Shown here: positions 1 through 8,900 of the stretch, in pieces
How the letters are laid out: each line of letters opens with the position of its first letter
How positions within the stretch are numbered: the stretch's first letter is position 1
Origin: Candidatus Omnitrophota bacterium
GTDB taxonomy: Bacteria > Omnitrophota > Gorgyraeia > Zapsychrales > Fredricksoniimonadaceae
DNA length: 35,642 nt
Direction of reading: 5' to 3'
NCBI GenBank assembly: GCA_031386565.1
Contig: JANNCL010000267.1
Location: 1-35,642 of the forward strand
The notes under the pieces: generated by a model
Database searches by the model: none
What the model saw: the letters and a program-made list of their open reading frames with translations, nothing else
Told to the model about the DNA's origin: nothing
Program-made: the position numbers and the translations under genes

Positions 1-2
1 TT

Positions 3-497
3 TTATCCATTGCATCACAGCCCGACGCGGATGCCTATGTTACCCATCAAAAGAATTTGCCGATCGCCATACGTACGGCGGATTGCGTGCCGGTTTTTAT
101 TTATGATCCTATTAAGAAGGTCATTGGTTTAGCTCACGCTGGATGGAAGGGGACGCACAAAGCCATTGCCCGGAAAACGGTAGAAAGAATGCAGGACGTT
201 TACGGCTGTCAATGGCATGATATTGGGGTGTATTTAGGGCCGTCGATCCGATCCTGCTGTTATACGGTGGGTCACGAATTCAAAGCCTATTTCCCGCAGG
301 ATATCACCGATCATGACGACGGCACGATCAGCGTGGACTTAATCGGGGCAAATCGCCGGCAATTGTTACAAATGGGATTGAACCCGGCACAGGTCATAGA
401 CAGCGGGGAATGCACCTGTTGTAATAATAAATATTTTTCATTTAGACGGGACAAAGAAAAGGCGGGGCGCATGATATCCCTGATGATGCTGGTATGA
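3..497 (+). CDS. pgeF: PgeF/YfiH-family (DUF152) peptidoglycan editing factor / laccase-domain protein; 5' end cut by window edge
   Basis: The frame stays open from nt 3 (..DADAYVTHQKNLPIAIRTADCVPV..), so the ORF-track ATG at 57 is internal. Family motifs: TADCVPV, GLAHAGWKGT, GPSIRSCCY, ECTCC..YFSFRRD. The stop overlaps the next start (ATGA, 494-497). Confidence 0.8.
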   Translation, partial: LSIASQPDADAYVTHQKNLPIAIRTADCVPVFIYDPIKKVIGLAHAGWKGTHKAIARKTVERMQDVYGCQWHDIGVYLGPSIRSCCYTVGHEFKAYFPQDITDHDDGTISVDLIGANRRQLLQMGLNPAQVIDSGECTCCNNKYFSFRRDKEKAGRMISLMMLV

Positions 498-814
498 AAA
501 ATGAATTCATTATTGTTTTAGTGACTGCGAAAGACCGCACGCAAGGCAAGCGTATCGCTAAGGGATTATTGAAAGACAAGCTGATCGCTTGCGCGAACAT
601 TGTCGGCGGGATCGAGTCTATATTTCTCTGGAAGGGCAAGATCGATAGCGCCAAAGAAGTGTTGTTGATCTTAAAAACAAAAAAGAGTTTGTTCAATAGG
701 GTGGCGGATAAGGTAAAATCCTTGCATAGCTATGAAACCCCGGAGATCATTGCCATGCCGATCCTCGCGGGTGAACAAAAATATCTGCAGTGGATAAAGG
801 AGAGTGTATGTTAA
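494..814 (+). CDS. cutA: Divalent-cation tolerance protein CutA
   Basis: 106 aa with CutA1-family motifs: IVLVT, LIACANI, ESIFLWKGKI, LILKT, HSYETPEII. Confidence 0.85.
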   Translation: MKNEFIIVLVTAKDRTQGKRIAKGLLKDKLIACANIVGGIESIFLWKGKIDSAKEVLLILKTKKSLFNRVADKVKSLHSYETPEIIAMPILAGEQKYLQWIKESVC

Positions 815-1326
815 AGAGATACAAGATCGCGGTATTGATCGCGGCGTTATTGCTGCCGGTGGCCGTTTTTGCCATGGGACAACGCCCAGAAAAGCCCGGT
901 CCTATGGTCGGGAAAGCTGCGCCGGAATTTGTGTTGGACACGCTTTATAATGGGACGAAAAAATTATCCGATGCCCGCGGGGATAAAAAAGCGGTGTTAT
1001 TCTTTTGGGCCACATGGTGTCCGCATTGCCATGAGCAATTGATCAGGCTTAATAACAGCATTGAATCATTGAAACGCCGGGGCTTTGTGGTGATCTTAGT
1101 CGACTTGGGGGAAAGCCCCAATGATGTTAAAGCGTTCCTGAAATTCAATACGATCTTTTTGGATTCCTTTGTAGATCCCGACAGCAGCCTGCAGGACATT
1201 TACCAGGACGTTGGAGTTCCTACTATCTATTATCTGGATGAGAATGGTGTGATTGTTTCCGAACAGCATGAGTTCGAAGGGAATATTGATGCGTTGTTTG
1301 GCGGATCGGATAAGAAGAAAAAGTAA
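808..1326 (+). CDS. Secreted TlpA/ResA-like thiol-disulfide oxidoreductase (thioredoxin fold)
   Basis: Signal peptide KIAVLIAALLLPVAVFA and the WCPHC active site inside FWATWCPHC. AGGAG lies just upstream of ATG 808, so the ORF-track start at 790 is less likely. Confidence 0.85.
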   Translation: MLKRYKIAVLIAALLLPVAVFAMGQRPEKPGPMVGKAAPEFVLDTLYNGTKKLSDARGDKKAVLFFWATWCPHCHEQLIRLNNSIESLKRRGFVVILVDLGESPNDVKAFLKFNTIFLDSFVDPDSSLQDIYQDVGVPTIYYLDENGVIVSEQHEFEGNIDALFGGSDKKKK

Positions 1327-1330
1327 AAAA

Positions 1331-1368
1331 AGCAGGGTTCTTAAGATTTTCTGAACCCTGCTTTTTTA
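1331..1368. terminator. Bidirectional rho-independent terminator between convergent genes
   Basis: Perfect 10-bp stem AGCAGGGTTC (1331-1340) / GAACCCTGCT (1353-1362). An A-run precedes it and a T-run follows it. It sits between the thioredoxin stop and the ppiD stop. Confidence 0.75.
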
Positions 1369-1371
1369 TTA

Positions 1372-2841
1372 TTAGCGGTAACTGATCTTATTTTTTAAGT
1401 CTGGCTGTACATTCGCTTCGAATTTCAATTTGGTGATGAACGCGCCGATCTTTTCATTGCGTTTTTGGGCGCTGACCATGTTCTTGAAATCTTCCTTGTC
1501 CATATCGAATTTCTTTTCATCAATGGCTTCTTTGCTGCTTAAATAAGCGATCGCCGGCCCTTGGCTGGTCTCGATCACGCCGCTTAATTTATTGGCATCA
1601 TTGATGGAGTAGCTGTCCTGCTGGAATTCCGCGATGATGCCTGGCGCATTGATATATTCGCCGCGGGCAAATGATGTTGTCTCATCAAGCTTCAGGCTGA
1701 GTTCTGTGGCAATTGTCTTGAAGTCTTTGGTCTTTAAACCCTCTTTGATGGTGTTAAGCGTTGTTTCGGCTTTGGCTTTTGCAGCGGCATAGCCTTTATC
1801 ATTAAGGGCGGCATCTTTTACTTTCGCGCTGATGCTAGCAAATTCAGGGATGCCGCTTGCTTTCTTTTCTTTGATCTTCACGATCTGCCAGCCGTCCGGT
1901 GCTTCCATCGGGCTTGTGACCTCGCCTGTTTTTAAGGCAAAGATCTTATCGACGAATTCCGGTGACCAGGCGAAGGTAAGTAAGGGTTGTTCTTGGGCAA
2001 AAAAGCCGCTTTCTTTAAGGGCTTGCTGATGCTTGGCCGCGATGGCCGCAAAGTCTGCTTTGGGTGTTAATTCATGCGCGATGGCAACCGCGGTATCTTT
2101 GATGGCTTGTTTCTGTTTAGCATCTGCTTTTTCAGGATACAAAATATGCACATACTGCACATTCACCATGGGCGGTTCCCGGAAGGATTCTTTATGTTGT
2201 GCGAAGAATTTTGTGACGTCGTCGTCCGTAATAGTGGCGTCTTTGGAAAAATCGGCAGGCGTAAAAAGCACGTAGCTTAATTTTATCTTTTCATTGCGTT
2301 TAATATATTCCTGTTTTAGCTCTGCATCGGTAAAAGTGATATTGCCACCGACTTGATCAAGCAATTTACGGACGATGATGGAACGTCTGGCGCCTGCTTC
2401 GAAATCTTTGACCTTGCGGTCGAATATCCCCTGGGATTGGACGATATTCTCATAAATACTCTGGTCGAATTTACCGGCGCTTTGGAAGAAGGGCAATTGC
2501 GCGATATAATCCACGACTTCTTTGTCGGTAGCCGTGATATTACGTTTTTGAGCTTCGCGGCTGAGGATAATGCGGGTCCAAGCTTCACGTTCTAAGTCCA
2601 GTTGCTGTCCCATCTTAAAGAAACGGTCGCCATAGGAGATGATGGCTTGATCGCGGCTGTCTAAATAGGCGCGTTCAAACTCACGCAGCGGGACGGATTT
2701 TCCATACACTTTGCCAGCGGTGTTGATATTATTATCCAGGCGGTAGGCGGTCCCAAAGACCCCGAACGATAAAATATCAATGATCGCGACAGCCCATAAA
2801 ATTTTACGAGATACCCCTTTGTGGCGCAGAATGCTTAGCAT
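1372..2841 (-). CDS. ppiD: PpiD-like membrane-anchored periplasmic chaperone / parvulin-type PPIase
   Basis: N-terminal TM anchor (ILWAVAIIDILSFGVFG), a SurA-N-like region, then a degenerate parvulin-like region (PPMVNVQYVHIL...GWQIVKI). Length and architecture fit PpiD. Confidence 0.7.
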   Translation of the reverse strand: MLSILRHKGVSRKILWAVAIIDILSFGVFGTAYRLDNNINTAGKVYGKSVPLREFERAYLDSRDQAIISYGDRFFKMGQQLDLEREAWTRIILSREAQKRNITATDKEVVDYIAQLPFFQSAGKFDQSIYENIVQSQGIFDRKVKDFEAGARRSIIVRKLLDQVGGNITFTDAELKQEYIKRNEKIKLSYVLFTPADFSKDATITDDDVTKFFAQHKESFREPPMVNVQYVHILYPEKADAKQKQAIKDTAVAIAHELTPKADFAAIAAKHQQALKESGFFAQEQPLLTFAWSPEFVDKIFALKTGEVTSPMEAPDGWQIVKIKEKKASGIPEFASISAKVKDAALNDKGYAAAKAKAETTLNTIKEGLKTKDFKTIATELSLKLDETTSFARGEYINAPGIIAEFQQDSYSINDANKLSGVIETSQGPAIAYLSSKEAIDEKKFDMDKEDFKNMVSAQKRNEKIGAFITKLKFEANVQPDLKNKISYR

Positions 2842-2902
2842 GGAATTTCCTTTGCAATGATTGTTGTAAGAAGATGTGCAATTATAAAGTAATGTGACTA
2901 TT

Positions 2903-2931
2903 TTGACAAGGGGGAAGTTTGCAACTATATA
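2903..2931 (+). promoter_or_regulatory. Putative sigma70-type promoter of giant paralog 1
   Basis: TTGACA (2903-2908), 17-nt spacer, TATATA (2926-2931). The ~22-nt leader to ATG 2954 has no recognisable Shine-Dalgarno. Confidence 0.4.
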
Positions 2932-2953
2932 GATAATATGTTATCTTTACCTT

Positions 2954-5900
2954 ATGCTTCGGAAGCTAGGGTGCCTCTTTTTAACTTTTTTACTATTGCC
3001 ATTTTCCCAACTACAAGCGGATCAAATAGTTCTGCCTGTCCCCGGAACCATGGTACGGCTAAGCCCTGCCTATGAGCCTCCGTTATTAAAAGGTATTAAG
3101 GTCCATCCTGAGAATCCGTTTCGTTTCGAATTCGTTTTGGATCGTGGCGATCAAAAATCTACCGTAGGGGCGGATCGTGATCCGCCCTTTTTAAAAGAAG
3201 AATCCAAAAAATTGATCAAATATTTCCTAGCCGCCTTAACCACCCCCGAAAAAGATCTCTGGGTCAACTTAAGCCCCTACGAAAAAGACCGCATCGTGCC
3301 GGAGAGTTTTGGCCAGACTGAGATGGGCCGCGACCTTTTAGCGCAAGACTATATTTTAAAGCAAATTACGGCAAGTTTGGTTTATCCTGAAGGGGATATT
3401 GGTAAAAGGTTTTGGAAAAAGGTATATGAGTCAGCCGGGAATAAAAATGTTCCTGTTAATACGTTCAATAAAGTATGGATCATGCCTGATAAGGCGGAGG
3501 TGTATGAGAATACAAAGACCGGCACGGCGTATATTGTGCGGTCCAGTCTAAAAGTATTGACTGAGCAAGACTATCTTGCCACCAACAAAAACACAACCGT
3601 AGGGGCCGATCTTGTGTCGGCCCGCCATGCCGGGCGGACACAAGGTCCGCCCCTACGAAATACCGATAATTCCAAGATCATACGTGACCTCGTCATCCCA
3701 GAATTAACCAAAGAAATAAACCAAGGCCAAAACTTCGCCCAATTACGTCAAGTTTACAACAGCCTGATACTTGCCACCTGGTACAAAAAGAAGATCAAAG
3801 ACAGCATCCTCTCACAAGTATATGCCGATAAGAACAAGATCAAAGGCACAGAATACGATCAAAGCATTATTTCCCCTCCCCTTGTGGGAGGGGCCAGGGG
3901 AGGGGTACGATCCCAAGGACAAAAAGACGAGTCCCCCCTCCCTAACCCTCCCCACGATGGGGGAGGGAAGAATGACGTCGAAGCCATCTACGCCCGCTAT
4001 TTACAAGCCTTCAAAAAAGGCGCCTACAATTATATCAAAGATACTGACTTGCCTAACGGCCGGACAGTACCTACGAAATATTTCTCCGGCGGGGCGCGAT
4101 TTGATATGGCGATGATGACGACAACGGAAGAGTTAAGTGATCTACATCTTAGCCAAGCGGTGATCGTTCAGGCAAATATGGAACAAGCCATTTTTAAGGA
4201 ACCTGATGCTGCCATGTCGCATGACGAATCAATGCATAAATTACTTCTTGAGGCTATGTTATGGTATATGAACAGAGATCCTGAGCTGTCTCAACAAATG
4301 GTGGTTGCTCATCATGAGGAAGATCTTGTAAGAAAGTTTTTTCTTGGCAGAAAGGTTTTAAATGTTGCGCCGGAAGAAATTTCTTTTTCGGATATTCTAT
4401 TGGAGCAGAATATCATGACGGATATGAGGCAAAAAGGTATCGATGCAAGGGCTCTAGCTCCCGTAAACAAGCATCCACTTTGGGAAAAAGAAAGTTTCTA
4501 TCAAGGAGTGGTGGAAGATATGCATATGATCAATGCTGACACATTTGATGATATTGTCATTGCTAGATTATTTGATCCTGATTATTGGGAAACTACTGTA
4601 GGGAAGCAATTAGGCCAGACGGTAGAACAAAGAAGGGCTCTTTATCCCAGGATCGCAAAAGAATTAAAACGGGTACTTAGAGATAAAGGCAGGCTTTTTA
4701 TGCTTTCTATGGACGGCAATCCGTATTTATTCGAAGCTTTAAGGCACGAAGGGTTTAAGGTTTTTTCTTTAAAGTTAGATAAGAACAATCAGTTATTTGG
4801 CACGCTTTTAATTAACGACAAAACCATTATAGAATACGGAAATGGTGTTGGAAGAACAGACTTCGGCAGTAATCAAGCCATGCTTTCGCTTGCGGACAGT
4901 ATGGCATGGGGGGATGCGAAGGAAGATGCGGGGGTATATTTCAGGCTTAAGGCATTTTTGGATAAGGATGATCTTAAAGATCTGCAGCAATATGATCCGC
5001 AACAGCGCGCGCAATTGATCGCGCTTTGGTTGAAGGTGCGTTGGGCGAAAGCATTTCCTACGGATCATTGGCGATTATTAGAATCCGTCAGAAGCATCAT
5101 CGTAAATTATTTGTTAAAGAATACGTTATTGACGCACAGGGAACGCAATGAGGGGGCGATAGGGGAATTCGCTAAGTTTGGGATGCCCCGCTTTCAAGCG
5201 GAGATGCTGCTGCATTGGGCAGAGGATGTATTTAATGGCAAGTCGGATGCTCGATTCACGTTCCATCAATGGGCGGTGGCGTCCCATGTAGGGGATGCGC
5301 AAAATGCCGTGGATAAATTTGGTGTCATTGTTGGGCTTAATGAAGAGCAGAAAAATGAATTGATCCAGTATCTTTTAGGACAGAGTGAAAGGCTGTACCG
5401 TGATGCCGAAGAACAACAAAAGTTCGACGCTATTTGGCTGGCAGTCAAGTACAAATGGTCCGAGGATTCTTTTAAGCGGTTCATGAATGAACATATGATG
5501 ACGCATATCGATCCCGAAGCGCGTCAGATCTTAAGGCAGGAGGCTTTGGAAGATCTCCCGATGCAGGGACGGGAGAGGTTATATACCCGTCAACAGATCG
5601 CGGACATGGCCAATGATGCGGGCGTGCTTTGGAATCGTTGGGAGTGGATTAAGGCCAGGCAGCCTGCGATCGAGCGGATGGCGGCGCCGTTTAATGGTGT
5701 TGAAGCAAGAAAACGGGCCATTATTTTTGGAAGATTGCTGGAGCTTAATCTAGCACAACAGAAAGACGTAGAGAGTTATCTTTTAGGCGCCCTCGAAAGG
5801 GTATTTGTTGACAATACAGAGCAGCAAAAATTTGATGCTGTTTGGCTGGCAGTGAAATATGGATGGACAGGAGAATCGCTGGTTCGGTTCGTTCAAAATA

Positions 5901-8900
5901 AAATAATTTTCCACATCGATCCAAAGGCTGCGGGATTCTTAAGGAGGGAAGTCCCAGATCACCTTAGGATCTTCCGTTCTGAGAAGTCTGGCGGCTTCTC
6001 TGATGGGGAGATCTTCGCTATGGCTCATGATGCCGGGTTACTTTATGAAACGCGTTGGGAGGTAAAGCATATTAATCAGGAGTCTCAACACGTGATGCAG
6101 GTCATTGAAGAGAAGCTGGCCAAATCTGTCCCGTTAACCCGCGCGCCTAAGATCGAACCGGAGGTCACACAAAGGATCCAGCAGGCCGAGCAAAAGGCCG
6201 ACCTGTTTTTCGAAGATTTGCATGCGTTAAGCACCCTGCCTCCGGCGCAGTTCGTAGAAGAGTTATTGCAGAAGATGGTTATCCAAGAGCCTAATTTTGA
6301 GCGTATCCTTTCAGGGCAGGCGGCCTTGCCGGATAATTGGCAGGACGATGTTGCTGCGTTCGCGAAACGTCTGGATCAACGCTGGCAAGCGTGGGGTGCA
6401 GATGGGATATCCATGCAGCAAAGATTTGGCTCGATCTATTCAGTGATGGCCTTGAGGATCGGAGCCGATTTATTTGCTACTTACGAGCAGGCGGTATTGA
6501 CACACGCATGGTTTTTTGCTTTTGTTTCAGCTGCTCCTCCGGAGGCTATGGTTGAAGCATTGCACATGATCACATCCTCGCATATCATCCATTTAAGGCT
6601 TCATGGGATGCATCCATATTCAGATAAGTTGTTTGAAAGGCCAGTGAGTTTAGATGTTGATACTCTTTATGGAAGAAAGGGCAGGAGTGTTGGTGTTTTA
6701 AGAAATTACTTGGAAGCATTCAAGCCCCTAAGGTCAAAGGTATTTGACCAACGTTTTGAATATGATTTTTTATGGGGTCTGGTGATGGGATCAGACCCAT
6801 CCCCACTTGATCCCAGATATGCGGAGAATCATTCTAACGATCAGGTTAATGTTCTTAAGCAGGGCAAGTCTGATGATGAATTCTTTAGGAATTCATTAAG
6901 AGAAGCTGTCGAACAGCTCGACATTGATCCGCGAGAGTTTGAATTGTTGTTATTGGAAGCGTTAGCTATTTCAGATCAAGAATGGGAAGCGATGGGCTAT
7001 GTTTCTCCTTATAAAATTAAGATGGGACATGAAATCAGTGATTTTTACATTGCTGCCGCGCAGAAAAAACATGTTCTACCCACTGGGCCTGTATCCTTAA
7101 TGAGCCCAGATCCTGGATTGCTTGAATTCAGAGGGGTCTTTTTAAAGAACTACAATAAGGTTTTCGAAGGAAGGGAAAGTTTAAGGGACTACTACATAGA
7201 ATCCTGGTCCGCGCTGTACCCCAGTCTGGCGGGAATAAAAGATCGTGCTCAGACTGCCGACGATAAGGCGGTTTCTGAGAGTTCATGGTTGGATCAGATC
7301 ATTAAGGATCCCAAGATTGACAAGATCAGTGAAGGTGTTCATGTGCGTCGGATCACTTTTTTGAATACGGCTTTGGTTATGGAAATATGGTTATCCGATA
7401 CACGGCAACATGGGATAGACGCTGTTGTTGTCAATGAAGGATTCCCATCTGCTAAAAAGAAAGAATTCAGGAATATCCCTAGACGCTTGGTTTTTGACAA
7501 TAGCGCTGGTATTGAAAAGCGAAAAAGCATGGTGTATACGCTTATGGATTTCTTAGCCGGTGAAATTCTTGTGCAGCGCATCGCGGCCAATCACAAAGCT
7601 TCCAGAGAACTAGAGATCCAGCATAAGGATGAGTATTTGGATGAGAAAGTAAGTGCGGATCTTCAAGGACTTATTGGATTTGGGAAGTTTATTAAGACGA
7701 TTGTTTATATGATTTTTGGCAAAACAGGTTTAATGTACGAGAATCTTTTAAATACAAAATCGAGGTTTTTAAAAGCGGTTTTACGCTTAAATGATACGGA
7801 TTTTTTAAAACAGAAGCCGCAGCTGGGACGAACTTATCAGGTTGTATTTCGTGAGCAGTATTATGGCAAGATATCTATTTCGATGGATGATCGAGATCAG
7901 TTTTATGTTGTTTTGATAGAACAAATGTACGGTCGACCATTATGGAGGCGTATCCCCATAGCACAATATGATCATTTATCGGATATTATAAAAGTTACCC
8001 TTGATTCTATAGAGCAAGAGATCGGGCAGACAGCGGTTCCAGGACAGGGGGTAGATCGGGCTATGGTACAAGGTCAGGGGGCCGACCGTATTAGAAGAGG
8101 ATTGTTGGTGAGTATTGCTTCATCACTATCGTTTTCTCCCCAAGCGGCTGTGATCGAATTTCCTACATATGATGAAGAAAGGGTTACGGGGCAAGTTCCC
8201 GGTTATGTACAAAGCGTGATCGGCAGATGGTTCCCCAGGTATAAAATTATCCTTACACAGGGTGGGGATCAGATTTTATGGGATGAAAGAACCAAAACGC
8301 TGCGTTTTAACAGGGAGCGTTTTGAGGGAATGAACGATGATCAGCTATTTGCGGCCTTGGCTGCAGATACGGCATATTATGGAGTGAAACTTTTTGCTAA
8401 AGATAATGACGCGCTGATGCAAATGGGTTTTATAGGTGCGGAGACGATCGCGCGGGCAAAGAAAATGCTTGTTTTTGACCATCTAGTGTCAGATGGCAAG
8501 ATACCTGTTACTTCAACAATGCAGGAGGAGCAGCTGCTTAGCAAGGCTTTTCTGGCCTTGATCGAACAGCGTCATAAGCTGGTGGATTTTGAAGGGTACA
8601 GCCTTGAAAAGGCCACGCTTGAAAAACCGCTTGTGGATAATAACGGTTTTTTGCAGCAGAGGGTTGTAAGCATTGCTCTGGAAAACTTGAATACGCGCTT
8701 AAAGAAACGCGTTTTAGCAAAGGTTGTCATGGATCTTCAGAGCGGAAAGAATAAAGTTACTTTCATGCCGATGGAAGATAGTGCTCAAATCAGTTCCATT
8801 GACTCAAAGCGCGGGGGTATTGATCTTACTAGTGACAAGATGGATTTAAAGCTTAAAAGCGATGGTGGGGCTATCCGGTTCAAGATGGATCCGGCTCAAT

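Noticed and set aside
3771-4115. 114-aa + strand ORF in an alternative frame of the giant gene.
   Set aside because: It overlaps the conserved N-module frame, and that frame is supported by homology to two paralogs. This ORF stays open mainly because it runs through the stop-poor C/G-tract hairpin cluster.
4290-4770. Possible SAM-methyltransferase-like segment in the paralog 1 cargo (GRKVLNVAPEE ... RVLRDKGRLFM).
   Set aside because: It lacks a convincing GxGxG motif I and the acidic motif II. The resemblance is too weak to call without a profile search.
5288-5312. A GTAGGGG string (GTAGGGGATGCGCAAAATGCC) that looked like another REP unit.
   Set aside because: The downstream sequence is not complementary, so no stem forms. 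This is a chance match to the 7-mer.
8041-8100. Direct repeat GGACAGGGGGTAGATCGGGCTATG / GGTCAGGGGGCCGACCGTATTAG (GQGVDRAM / GQGADRIR), which contains ACAAGGTC and was considered as a degenerate REP-like copy.
   Set aside because: I could find no self-complementary arms and no GTAG...CTAC frame. A short tandem peptide repeat explains it better.
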